DNA of 64,000 nucleotides, taken from contig JAUCBJ010007113.1 of the NCBI GenBank assembly GCA_032718475.1, forward strand, positions 1-64,000. Reading direction: 5' to 3'. The number at the start of each line of letters is the position of its first letter. The first letter of the stretch is position 1. This document shows, piece after piece, positions 1 to 12,240 of the stretch. The translations under genes and the position numbers were made by a program. The notes beneath the pieces were generated by a model. It saw nothing but the letters and a program-made list of their open reading frames with translations. It ran no database searches and was not told where the DNA came from. This DNA is from Nemertoderma westbladi (taxonomy: Eukaryota > Animalia > Xenacoelomorpha).

Positions 1-1950
1 GCACACTACTAGTATCCAAGGATACATAATAATACAGTGACATTCTGGAAGGCATTGACTAACGGACAAATGGCCCGAATGTGTGTAATTTGTGACAAGT
101 TGTGTGTATGGTATTTGTGAGTTTATAGGTGAATGTTACTGCTAAGGTGTGTTTACAGTAGCCAGTCGCAATCGTAAAGTAACCTAACTCTCCAAGGAAT
201 ACCTGAAGTACATCTAAGCCTTTGGGACGGACAGTCGAGTGACTTGTGCCGGTTGTCGTTGTCGTTGTGCGGCTACGTCGTTGGCGAAAGTACAGCGGCG
301 ACGACATATCGGCGCTGAGGATCTCGTACTGTCCGGGGGTTAATTGGAGTAGGCAGCGACGCTCGCTAGCCTAAATATAAACTCCTTATAATGTGGATAA
401 ACTCATATATAGCAGACATGACGGAGTTGATAGAAGATGGTCTTGGTATCGAGGAACGATGTACTCTACTTTTACAAGCGTTTGTTGATAGCTTAATACG
501 CGGCGACGTTAGTCCAACTACTGCGGAGGACGATGGTCGTTATATCGAACCGCCAATGTCCCAAGAGCAGCCCGCGCGCGAGTTGGACTATAGAAAATTC
601 GCTGCTCGATATACGCAGCGTAATGGTACGTATATGGTCTTCTTAACCACTGGTCATCCTATCGATTTACACAATACTGACTATGTCGACTATATATCCT
701 GCCCAGCGGAGTCGGAACCATAAACTGAAATCCGAATGCGAAAATTCTATTCGAAATCGACTCGAAAGAAAAGGCACTAAAGAAACAAATAAACGCGGTA
801 ACTCCAACGTATATTTGGAATTCTTGATAGAATCATTGTAACTACAAATAAATATCATCCGCGTTTCCCCTACCAGACGTGCGTCTTGGGTATTATTACG
901 GTAAATGCCCTAGACCCAGCCAATAAACGGAAAGACATAAACATCCACGGAAACGTTGTGTTAAATACAGTTGTGTTCGTTATATTTACTGGAGTTTCGA
1001 GCGAAACTTGTTTGACGTATCACCTATGCTCACTCGGCTCTAACGATCCTAGAGTAAACCTACGATCAGAGTCCCGGAATACTCGGTCAAACCTCCTCAT
1101 TCCTTAGTTGGACCTCAGACCTGCGATCCTGGTGGTGTCGCGGATCCTCGCGGACGGTATTCACTGTTCAAAGATCTAGTGCTACCCTAACAATTAATCG
1201 GTAACACTCCGACAGTGATTTCTAGCTAGCCGCCCATCTTACCTAGCCGGATTGTGACGCGGACACCTAATATCACTATCCAACCGTATGGTCGTCCCCG
1301 TTTAACGCGATACAACCCCTCATCAAGGTGAAGGAGAGCTTTGTACGAAACGAGTTAAACGCTATTCTATAAAGATCAAAAGAGAAACCTGCGTTTGTTC
1401 AGATAAACGTAAGTTATAACAGTAAGTCCAGTCGATAAACGAATTGGCCTTATCTCAATTCGATTGGGAAATCCAGGATCTCTAAGAAGTTATCGAACTT
1501 GGACGATCCTATTCTCTGCGAGAGTTTTTGGATGAACGTATCCAGCTACGAGCGGAGGAAAATCAGCTCGAGGAGAAGCATATCGAAACGGCAGATACCT
1601 CGACCATAAACCTACACCTTCTGATGCAATCATATTGCACCCTTCACCCAGGAGTTATGGCCCTCCTAGTAAAGTGGCTCCCCCCAAAGAGAAAAAGACT
1701 CTTGCTAGCCTCAAAAAACTGCGTAAACGCCGTCTGCGTAAGAAAGACTAACTGTTTAGAGTATCTTTATGTTTTAGAAACTGTGATTTTTATATTTTAT
1801 AGACTGAAAATCCCATTTTCTGGGAGCGGTGTAAAAGCTTTTACTGAATTGTCCGGTTATTTTTCCTTATTTTTCCCGTAAAGTACTCTGTAGTTGGTTT
1901 ACCAGGCATAAAAAGGCCGTGTCCTTGCTGTACTGGTGTTTTAGCGGACA
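1..1950. other. CpG-rich, coding-like but unidentified segment (possible decayed mobile or viral sequence)
   Basis: Visibly more CG dinucleotides than the flanks. Several short ORFs (59-307 -, 391-723 +, 1528-1881 +) with no motif I recognise. Confidence 0.25.
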
Positions 1951-2034
1951 TAAAAGCTATTTCTTCTGTATTTGTACTTTAGAGGACATAATCCGTAATT
2001 CCGTGACGTAAAAGCTCGATACTCTTGAAAACAG

Positions 2035-2245
2035 TGTCGCTACCATGACGACGGCTAGCAGCTGATATTGCCACGTCGACGTTTCTTTGTTTCTCTGTTC
2101 TCTCGTTGTTCATGTTGACCAATCAGAGCGTTTGTGATCTCTGTGTTGGAGGTATATACAGAAACTCAGTAGTTCAGTGTTATGTTTTTGTCCAGAGCCT
2201 AAGAACCGGCTTTGGCACCTCCGTGTTTTAGTTTTTAGTCTTACA
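2035..2245 (+). mobile_element. Possible solo LTR
   Basis: TGT...ACA ends, CCAAT box (GACCAATCAG ~2117) and TATA-like TATATAC (~2153). No clean TSD. Confidence 0.3.
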
Positions 2246-2401
2246 CTAGTAGGTTTAATTATAAAGGGCATATATCCTTTAACGCACCTACCTGACTCAT
2301 GGAATCACTGCTAACTGATCATACATACTGACTGCTGAAACATTGCAAACTCATAACAATCAGTGTTTTCATTGTTGTTTTATACTGCTATTTACCGTCA
2401 G

Positions 2402-2802
2402 TTCTTCATAATATGGTTGATGAATAATTATATTTGGAATAACGATAAATCACCCCGAAACCCAATATTCTTGATATACCGAAGGTAAGAGAGAAGGGTT
2501 ATACATAACGATTGTGACTTATGTTAAAGTGGTTTGAAGTGAATCTAATGTTATTTGATAGACCCTACATGATTCAGTCTGTGTTCCTTTTATATGTGAC
2601 TAAAATCAGTGAAGATTGGCAGATTAGTGTGCAGTATTGTGCAGCATTGTGTATGAGTGAGTCTGTTAAAGAAGCAATTCCTAAAGAATGCGCCATATAT
2701 GTGAATTATAATTAAGCCATATCGTTGTGAGTAGTTTAAGTCATAACTCTGTTTATATAGATAAAGCGCCACGTCCTAAAGGAACTGTTAATATTCCCGA
2801 AG
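2402..2802 (+). CDS. Three phase-compatible candidate exons of an unknown gene (2402-2484, 2562-2656, 2761-2802)
   Basis: Each has an AG acceptor and a GTAAGA/GTGAGT/GTAAAT donor; introns are 77 and 104 nt. The spliced frame is open: FFIIWLMNNYIWNNDKSPRNPIFLIYRRPYMIQSVFLLYVTKISEDWQISVQYCAALCMNKAPRPKGTVNIPE. No homology recognised. Confidence 0.4.
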
Positions 2803-5013
2803 GTAAATAATATTGTCAGAGATTATATAATACTGTCAGTCGAATAATACATTAGGCTTACATAGCAATAAAATTAAACCGTCGAACCCAATCTCCCGGG
2901 AATCTCCAGCGGGTGAATGGTCGCGCACGGATTGGTTTCGACTAGTGTAGTGAATCAAATACTTGTCATAGACTAAAAACCGATTTAATATCTAGAAGAC
3001 ATCTTAATTTGGTGGGTTAAACTGCCAAAGGTCTGAAAGCGCGAACAGCATCCTCGAGTTCATATGGCATTAAACGGTATCATTTTCAAAGTCAAGATCT
3101 CGAGATGATCAGCTTGGATGTGGACTACTTAAAACCATCTAATGGGTATAATAGCTAAAATGGGTATCAAATGGCTAAAACCATCTAAAGACATATCCAG
3201 AGTGTCTGAATGCATGAAATAAAATGCTAGATAAGGTGCTAGATATATCCCATGATATCCAATGTATCCCATGATATAAAACTTAAAAATAACTCAAATG
3301 AATATGGGTTACCAATCAGTTGCGGAAGCAAATGTCATTGAACCGTTACAGAGGATCTCCCAGCAGGGATATCATAGGCATATTTTTCATCAAATTAGTC
3401 CCTGAAGTGAAAAGATAAAATTGGTGCCTAGTTGCTACAACTAGGATTCCAATGGATCCCAAAATCAAATGAGACACCCCTGAATTGGTTTTTGATATAC
3501 CTATTTTTTTCCATTGTGAATAATTTGGTTTAATAACTGAGAACACCTGCTACAACTGAGAATAATTCCGTGGTACTTTCCTAAAGTATCTGTGATGTAA
3601 TACCAGTCGAGGTTAATGAACTCTTACCCTGACATGGGCGCCAGAATATCATTATTACAATATTAACTCCTCGGATAATTGATCTTCGGTTAATGTATTA
3701 TAAATATTAGGTGATGGGCTTATTGAGTTGGGATATTAGATAGGTATACTATTACTGTATAGTTTATTGACCTTTGGTTGATGTATTGTAAAAGAAGTTA
3801 ATAAAATAGTTTTATAGTAAATATAAATAAAATAGTTTACCAACACCGATCGTGTTGGATTTAATATTATTTCTAAGTTTAATATATCTAACATTTATAT
3901 CTCTATAAATCATATTTTGAACTTACATAACATACAACAACAGTATCGTTCCCAATCAGGATGAGCCTTCTCTGGACTGACATATTCTGTTTTTAATTCT
4001 TGTGGTGCTGCTTTTGATCTGTATCTACATTATAATACTACATACATATTAATAAATGCATCTTGAATTATTGTGTATAAGCAATTGCTTATTACTTCAA
4101 TCTGTTTGACCTTGACCTTTATGTAATCGGCTGTTTAATTTTATTTATTTATCAACGATTGTTATGAACTTCAATTTCCTTGACTTCTACGAAATTGACC
4201 TTTTAATTAAACTTATTTGTTTATCAACTTAATTGATGATTGTTTTTATACAATTAGGAGTTGGACGGGCCCATACAACCGCTCCACTACAACTACTTAC
4301 CTATCCGTGAGTATAATTTGGAAGACAACCCACCGCAACGAGGTATATTCGTTAGTTCCTCATCAAAAAAGACTTTGTAGATTTAATATAAGTCTGGTCC
4401 GACTTATTACTGGACTTTTAAAGGTTTAGCAGTACAATAATTACAAAACAATACACTTCCTTAGTTCCTTAGTTTTTCAGATGAAGGATAGTGATCTCTA
4501 TCAACTGTATGAACATATAAATGTAAACCTATAACCACTAAGTATAATATACTTACATTCGTATATAAACTTAGTATATACTTTATATATTATATAATGT
4601 ATATGCTAAGTTTATATACGAATGTCTATATTATAATTTTATATGATTAAAGTATTACATGAAAATACATTAAATTCACTTCCATCATTATCATACGGCA
4701 TTGTGAGTATTAAAGAACCAGTGAGATATCTTATCGACTATACACTGTAGTAGATCTCTTACAATGGTTTACATGATGATCACAATGGGAAACAAAACAG
4801 AATTGTCAACAGAGAAATTACAGACCATCATTAATTCTGCAGGTTTCCCTGATAGATGGCGAATGAACCTTCAACTTCAGATCAGAAAGACACTATACGA
4901 GATGAGGACTACAGATCCATATTCTTGATTTGGGATTCGACAAATCTTCAAAAAGCTTTTCTGACGGGAAACTGACTTGGGAAGATTATGCCCATCTCTC
5001 CGGTTTGACTACT

Positions 5014-8000
5014 ACTACTACTAGATCGAGCGAACTCGGACAGTGGAAATGAGATCCTTCCAGGCTTCCCGATTCTCCATAGTTGTCGCAATTTCGTTTC
5101 TCCCAAGTTCAGTATCCCTTTCAAGTTGATCTATATATGTTATGGCTGGACGTCCACGACTACGCTTTTCATGAGTTGGTTGCCAGAAAAGTAGATCTGG
5201 TATGACCTCGTCTTTACTTCGCCAGCAGTGCCCACTGAATCTTAATCTGTGTTCACGGAGGGTGGTTGATACAGGTGGTATTGTACCATAAAGCTCGGCG
5301 TTTGTCATGTGTTGTCTCCAGCTGATGTTTAGGGCTGCCCTTAGTAGTCTTGTGTAGCAACCATCAATTCGTTGTTCAAGTGATTTAGTGAGTGTCCAGG
5401 TCTCACCCCCATATAAAAAAACACTTTCCACTGTGGCTCGAAAGAACTTAGTCTTCAGGTGCCTGTATAGATCTGATTTCCAGATGGTATCCATTTTTGA
5501 TAGAGCTACCCAAGCGTTTGCTTTCCTAACTTCTATGTCCTTTTTGCTACTCTCTATCCATGTTCCAAGGTACTGGAAGTTATCGACCTTCCTTAGTTGA
5601 TTATTATCAATGGTTGTCAAGTTTCCATCAACATTAAAGGTCATGAATTCGGTCTTTGTAGCATTTATATGCAATCCAACCTCCTTAGCAGCCCTCTCCA
5701 CTTTATTTAGTAGAAGCTGTGCATCTGCTAGGGTATTAGAGAGCAGGGCAATGTCATCCGCAAAGTCGGTGTCTGTGACTGTAGTTGCCGGATATCTACT
5801 ACTTCTGCGTTCTTGAAGTGTGAATCCCAGGTCTTCACCCTTTGTGGCCGTCCTCATTGCGTAATCCAGCACAATTACAAATAGTAATAGTAATAATGTG
5901 TCACCTTGCAGTACGCCAGCCAGGATTGAGAAAAACTCAGTATCACCATCTGGTGAGAGTACCTGCGCTTCTGTGTCACAATATAACAATCCAATGCCAT
6001 CAACAATTACTTCTGGTATTCCATAAGCTCTTAGGATTTCAAGCATTTTACCTCTATGGATGGAGTCGAATGCCTTCTTGAAGTCCACAAAAGTCATGAC
6101 AGCGGGGAGATTCTTTGACTTAATTCCTTCAATCAGTCTCCGTAGTGCAAGTATCTGAGCTATTGTTGATCTACTTGGTCGAAATCCGTTTTGGCTCTTA
6201 CGCAGTAGTTTCTCTATGTGAGGCCTAATCCTATATAGAATCATTTTATTGTATATTTTGGCAGCTACCACAAGCAGACAGATCCCACGATAGTTTGTTG
6301 GTATGCCAAGGTCTCCTTTCTTGGGGAGAGGCTTTAGTTGACCTTTAGTCCAAATTGGTGGTGGCTTTTCCCCTTTTAACATCCGGTTGCAAACATTCAA
6401 TAATGGTCTGTTTAGCACTCCGGTTTTCCATACCTCCGCTGGGATTTCATCTAATCCACTCGCTTTATTATTGGACATGCTTTTAATGCTTCTTTGGAGT
6501 TCGGCAGGTGTGAAGTCCCCTGTTTCGATAGGTAGTGTCTTGTCATATATTTTCCTTGTAGGGCTGACCTCGATGTTTGGTGGCTGCCCAAGCAAGTTGC
6601 TGAAGTGATTTTTCCACTTCCCAACACGTTCTTCAGGACTATCGGCTTTGAGGCGCCCCTTTGCACAACTTTTCCAACCAGCTACCTCATTTACAGTTTG
6701 CCAGGTAAGTCTTGATTGTTGCTGTATGTGAGCAGTTGTAATTGCTTCAGTTTTATCCTGTATGTACTTTTCCTGGCTGATGTTGTAGGCCAATTTAAGA
6801 TCGTCCTTAGCTTTCTCAACCATGTTAATGTTTTCAGTTGTTGGTTGTTCGGTTTTAACTTTGTAGGCTATCTTAAGATCTTCTCTCTTACAAGTAACCT
6901 CAGCGTTTTGCCATGGCACATATTGTTTTCGTTTGGGTTTCTGGGGGATATGCCTCTTAGCTGATTCCTTGTGGGCTGTTATTATATTCTGGTATATTGA
7001 ATTGGTGGATTGGTCTTCATCCATTGACTGAAGTGCTTCAAAGCGGTTTTGAACTTCTAGTGTATAAGCATCCTTTACAGCATTGTCAGTTCTGAGTTTT
7101 TCCCAGTCATATTTGATTTGCTTGCTTGTCCTGGGTTTGCTGCCTCTCAAACTGAGTCTGATCTCTGCAGTCACAATTCTGTGGTCCGAACCAATTAGGT
7201 TGAACGAGCTGTATGCCTCGCAGTTGATCATGCTGTTTCTCCACTTTTTGTTTATGAGGATGTAATCCAGTTGTGCTTTGGTTCCATTAGGGTATTGAAA
7301 GGTGCATAGCTTCCCCTTACTCTTTTCGAATGTGTTGTTTGTTGGTATCAATTCACATTCTTCCATTAGGTCTAAAAGTAAGTACCCATTTCTGTTAGAA
7401 CTGGTGTTATAGGTGTAACCCTTGATGTCTTCTGGGCCAATTTGGGCATTCAGGTCACCAGCAATGACTTTAACATTGTGTTTCGGAATGTCCTTTATAA
7501 GTCCAGTCAGTTCTTCATAAAACTTGACTGCTTGTTCTGGCTCTGAGGCATTGGTTGGCTTGTAGCAACATATAACTGTTGCCTTGGGATTCCCATCAAA
7601 TGTTGCGATCATAACCCTGGAATTTATAGATTCGATGTTGTTTAGGGTCTTAAGTGCAAATGGGCTTAGCAGAATTCCTACTCCACCAATTGATGCATTG
7701 GCCGAGTTTCTTACTGCTGAGCTTGTTACTAACGTGCATCCATTTCCAATGTCATTGTACTTCATGGCAGTGTCTTCATGACAAATCCGATGTTCTTGGA
7801 TGCAGATGATGTCGATGTTATATTCCATTGCCAGAGCGACCATGTCACCCTGTTTGGTATGTGCTTTCAGCGTTCATTGTAGCAATCTTTAGTGTCTTTT
7901 TACATTTCAACAGGTTGGTTCTTCTTTCTTCTCGGTCTTCTGTTCCAGTAGCCAATTTATCGACCCCAGCCTGGTGTACCACTGAGGGACGCGGTCCTTG

Positions 8001-8539
8001 TTGACCCGGGTGACGACCAAGCCGGAGTTTCTCCTGGAGGGTACTCATACTCATATCTTTCAGTTGCGGGAGTAAACCGCTTGTGGTCGCAACTCCTACA
8101 AGCGTCTTCGCAGTAGATCGCCGTTGGTTGATTACCTTCCACCGACCTTGTCAGCATGTCTAGCCGTTGGTTGATTACCTTCCGCCTATCCATGGCCTAC
8201 AGCCCTGCTGCCGACTGTAAGGGTCCTTTTGTTACACCCTGAACCAAGTGTGCCTCCTGGGTTAGGTTACCTAACACTAGTAGAGGAGCATCCAGTATAG
8301 ACAGGGCGGGGCGTGTATCATCTCTAATGCAGATGCGTATCAAGCCTTTGCCTTCAATAGTGCCCTAGGCGCTATAGCCCTCAATGACTTCTTTAGTTGA
8401 CGGGGCTGAACCAACCCACTCTTGATCAACTAAATAATGAATAGGCTATGCTTATCGGGCCTGCCCTACTGGGCTGGCAGCTACAGGTAGTACCACATTA
8501 CTGCCATAGTGGTAGCCGGATCTGGGGACCTGACCTGAC
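5014..8539 (-). mobile_element. Full-length RTE-clade non-LTR retrotransposon (~3.5 kb)
   Basis: APE+RT ORF, (TAG)n tail, 5' end GTCAGGTCAGGTCCCC shared with the copy at 62678. 13-bp TSD CGG(T/C)TTGACTACT at 5001-5013 and 8540-8552. Confidence 0.93.
5021..7843 (-). CDS. RTE APE endonuclease-reverse transcriptase (940 aa; true N-terminus is frameshifted into ORF 7845-8054)
   Basis: IQEHR, GDLNA, LDYIL and SDHR (APE); FVDFKKAFDS, GVLQGD, FADD and YLG (RT); RLRFSGH and RGRP (RTE C-terminus). An 8-bp deletion near 7871 relative to the 63.8-kb copy detaches the IATMNARTL segment. Confidence 0.92.
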   Translation of the reverse strand: MVALAMEYNIDIICIQEHRICHEDTAMKYNDIGNGCTLVTSSAVRNSANASIGGVGILLSPFALKTLNNIESINSRVMIATFDGNPKATVICCYKPTNASEPEQAVKFYEELTGLIKDIPKHNVKVIAGDLNAQIGPEDIKGYTYNTSSNRNGYLLLDLMEECELIPTNNTFEKSKGKLCTFQYPNGTKAQLDYILINKKWRNSMINCEAYSSFNLIGSDHRIVTAEIRLSLRGSKPRTSKQIKYDWEKLRTDNAVKDAYTLEVQNRFEALQSMDEDQSTNSIYQNIITAHKESAKRHIPQKPKRKQYVPWQNAEVTCKREDLKIAYKVKTEQPTTENINMVEKAKDDLKLAYNISQEKYIQDKTEAITTAHIQQQSRLTWQTVNEVAGWKSCAKGRLKADSPEERVGKWKNHFSNLLGQPPNIEVSPTRKIYDKTLPIETGDFTPAELQRSIKSMSNNKASGLDEIPAEVWKTGVLNRPLLNVCNRMLKGEKPPPIWTKGQLKPLPKKGDLGIPTNYRGICLLVVAAKIYNKMILYRIRPHIEKLLRKSQNGFRPSRSTIAQILALRRLIEGIKSKNLPAVMTFVDFKKAFDSIHRGKMLEILRAYGIPEVIVDGIGLLYCDTEAQVLSPDGDTEFFSILAGVLQGDTLLLLLFVIVLDYAMRTATKGEDLGFTLQERRSSRYPATTVTDTDFADDIALLSNTLADAQLLLNKVERAAKEVGLHINATKTEFMTFNVDGNLTTIDNNQLRKVDNFQYLGTWIESSKKDIEVRKANAWVALSKMDTIWKSDLYRHLKTKFFRATVESVFLYGGETWTLTKSLEQRIDGCYTRLLRAALNISWRQHMTNAELYGTIPPVSTTLREHRLRFSGHCWRSKDEVIPDLLFWQPTHEKRSRGRPAITYIDQLERDTELGRNEIATTMENREAWKDLISTVRVRSI

Positions 8540-9084
8540 CGGCTTGACTACTTTCCCAAAATCCAAACAAATGCGCGTCCGTCAAGTGGCCCTATCCAAT
8601 GAAACCAGGGATATTCTAAATGCATTTGACACGTAGAACATTTTGCCTTAGTCACTAGGAGGAGTGCGAATCCATAGAAGTACTGTTGTGTTATAGGTAC
8701 ACACCCCATCCCCACCCCCCTCAAAATATTAAAATGTTTATTTTATTGCAGTAGCTAGTTTATGCTATTTCTTTCTATGGTCATGTTCGAAAACATGTTA
8801 GCAAATTTAAAAAAATAAAAATTGTTCTAGGAAAAATATTTTGTGTTGTAGAACTTTTAATAAAAGTAATAAAAAAATTAATGTACTATTTTTCATATTG
8901 ATATGCTGCCAGTATGCTAAACAAATGTGATCGCGAGACTGAATCAAAGGTCTCCTTGGTCCCACAACCTTTAAGGAACCCATTATGGTTTTCACATAAC
9001 ATACTCTCAACGTGATCCCTGATACGAATCAATATAATTAATGTAGATAGGACAATATGATAATGCTCTCCATAGCGAAAAATA

Positions 9085-9170
9085 TCAACTGACCCTGTTG
9101 GGGCTCGAACCCGGTACCTAGGTTGTACAACGTTATTCCCGTGCTCTGCCAGAAATAGCAACCATGCCTC
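9085..9170 (-). mobile_element. Degenerate tRNA-like/SINE head
   Basis: Minus strand has an A-box-like TGGCAGAGC and a B-box GGTTCGAGCC; no good cloverleaf. Confidence 0.35.
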
Positions 9171-10714
9171 AAAGAATAACTATTATACAGTGTTGTAGAA
9201 ACCACTGTAACCCCGTAATGCCTGGCCCAGGCTGTTAATTAACGGTTAATGTGACGGTCAATTCACCGTCACTCACCCCACAACAACTCATTTATTATTA
9301 TTAATCAATATAATTATTTGCATAGCTTTACAGCAATCGAGATCAAAGAGATTCTATCGAAAAATCCGAATAATGCAAGATGCCCTCCTTTGGAAGTAAC
9401 ACATATGCTACTAGTACCAATAGCACCAACCTATTCTTTATCATTTATTAAGGCTGTTGGACTCTCTTTGTTATGTACAATATCTTTCAGGATTGGATTA
9501 ATGAGCTACAAACACCAGGTATTTTAAAGACCTCAGGGGGTCGCCATCTACTCGATTTGTTCTAACTCACACAACACCGCATGCATGAAGTGTCACTGTG
9601 GATCACTTCTGTATGAACTATTTCTGGAGACTAGCGCTGTATAGACAGTTATGTCACTTGGGTTAAAACATAAATATTGGAGGGCGCGTGGTAAGTGGTT
9701 TAGCTCATGTGGAATAAAAATAAGAAATGAACCATACGGCAATGGTTCGACAAACGTTGCCTGTTCCGCAAAGGTTTAGGAATCATTTCCGGAACTAACC
9801 TCTTCGCTTCACTACCTCTTCTTCAAGAAAAAATGCTCGAAAGTAATTCATATATATCATAAATGATGAATTTTTTATTTTTACAGACATTGTAATATAA
9901 TAATAATTACATTATAGAAGTAGTACATTTCATCAAATATTAAACAAACATGTTGGTGTGTGAAAATAAATTATTTATCATATTAAGTTATAAAATTAAT
10001 TGCTATTAAATTTCATGACAACAACATTCACGAAATAAACAAATAGTATTGTACCTCAGTTGCTGAAGATTGGTAATAATAAAAGCAACCATGATTACTA
10101 TGAATAAACAAGTTGATGGCTATGAATCAATATGTCCCAATGAACCTGTATGAATTGGGATCCTTTTATTAACATGTAATACAAAGGATTTCATTGAGTG
10201 AAACACAAAGTGAAGACAACCTCTGTTTATACAGCGTAGCTCCCAACATAAATCAAACCGAGTGCAGCTCCCCTTCATTGGATCCGATTTGTGGTGGGGA
10301 GGGAGGGGGGAGCGGGTGTTTAAAATGCAACGGAATCGGAATAAATTACCGATTGCTGCCTGACAAATCCCCAGCCTTCAGGGATCTCATCAATCGCGCG
10401 TATCAAGAACAGCGCGGTTAAATGCAATCATTAGACAGGCTAATTGGACAATGCAGATGTGCCCAGTTCGGATGGAAAATAATTAATGGGAGTTACGACA
10501 CAATGATTAGTTTCATTTGAAAGTACATGAAATCTAATTTGCAAACCGTCCCGTCATTCACTAATTAATTGTCAATTACTTTTACAAAATATTAACAAAT
10601 CACAAAAGTAAACAAATAATTAACAATAATTCAAAATGACAATATATAAACTTACAATGTCCGGTATCCATATAAACTTACATTGCACAGTACCGGTATT
10701 CAATGTGGTTAATC

Positions 10715-10882
10715 TGGTCGGGGTCGGAAACCCCCGTCCAGATCACTCCGGGGTCGGAAACCCCCATACGGTTCCTTCCAGGATCGGAAACCCCCATCCA
10801 GTTCCTTCTGGGGTCGGAACCCCTGTCTGGTGGGTCCTTCCGGGGTCAGAAACCCCTTCCGGATCCTTCTGGGGTCAGAAAA
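10715..10882. repeat. ~30-bp tandem repeat (GGGGTCGGAAACCCC core, ~6 copies) in the LINE 5' region
   Basis: Direct reading of the sequence. Confidence 0.8.
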
Positions 10883-11460
10883 TTCAATTATCCACAAGTA
10901 CAAACAGGATCGCTGATTGGGACCCCATCAGTCAACAGCCCTCTCGCAGTAACTGGAACCCCCCAGTCAGAGGCCCTCCTGAAGCTTTGTTATGTCCTGG
11001 TTGTTGCACACCCTATCGATACCAAAGAAGCTTTATGAAACATAAGAAATTATGTAGTAAGTTTCTTTCAAAGGAGATCCTCACATTGTTTCGAGAACTC
11101 CCTTTCTTTCAAGACCAACCTGTCATAAATGAAGTTACAAACAGAATCTCCTTAATATCCTGGAATGTAGAAGGTCTTCATTCAACTATGAATACCTCAA
11201 TATATGACCCCTTTGATGGAGCTGATATTCTGTTATTGTGTGAAACATTTTGTTACAACAATGTTTCAATTAAGGATTATACTTGTTATAATGTAGAAGC
11301 TGTAAAGCAGTTACATGGGAGACCAATCGGTGGCCTCAGAGTTGCAGTTCATTACAGACTGTTCATAACAGAGTGTGTCACACCACCGTTCCTTTGCGAG
11401 TGATTCAGCTACCACCAGCATTTCATTGCCAGAAATGAATGTTGTTCTGTGTTACTACAG

Positions 11461-12240
11461 TCAGATTCAGATTCAGATAATTATTTTAGTCACAAATACT
11501 TCTAAGCCTTATTAGGGCTACGAAGGCAGTATACGCAATACATAGTACACGATACTGATAATTAAGGTGAATAAGCATCTATAAACAAACAGCTGTCTTA
11601 TTCAGACTGACTTACCTACGGTAGACCGCCTCGCCCAACGTAAAAATAAGGATTTCAATATACAGTAGATATAGCGCAGAAAACATATTAATTGACCTAT
11701 GCCTACTGTATGCTATACACAACACATACAGCGCATATACATACAGACAGCACATACACACATACATACAGTATTCAAATATACACACATATACAATAAA
11801 GGTATTACACAAAGCCGGGCTGCTATATATATTACTGAAATCACAAAAAGGTGTAACAAATAAAATTCAATTAACAAAAAGAAATAAAGATCTATGTAAT
11901 TTCCTCCCTGTTATACTTAGTTAATAAGTGTTTGTGTAGTTTAGTTTTGCATGTTTGGAATTTTTTTTATTTTGCGTATTGAAATAGGCAGGGCATTCTA
12001 TTGTTTTATGAGGTATGAAATGAGTATGAAATCATTTATGAGGATTATCCGTTTTTAGTGGTGGGTGATTACAATTGCAGACTAGATGGAGTAGACACTC
12101 GATGTAAACTTCTATGCAATGGTCTTCTGGGTATGGACTTATTCTGCCTATCAGACCCCTCCCAGGCCACATATATCTGCTGAATGGTAGCAGTGTAATA
12201 GACCTGATCTTGGTCAGCCAAGCTATATGAAACACCACCT
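11461..12240 (-). mobile_element. 3' fragment of another LINE inserted antisense into the 10.6-14 kb LINE
   Basis: (TCTGAA)n-like tail at 11461-11478 and an AT-rich 3'UTR; it interrupts the host between its APE and RT fragments. Confidence 0.5.

Noticed and set aside
2881-2952. CACTA or Helitron terminus (inverted repeat followed by CTAGTGTAGTG)
   Set aside because: Only a short inverted repeat; no convincing partner end or TSD.
5388-7781. Plus-strand ORFs overlapping the RTE ORF (and similarly GSS)
   Set aside because: Antisense shadows of the real coding frame.
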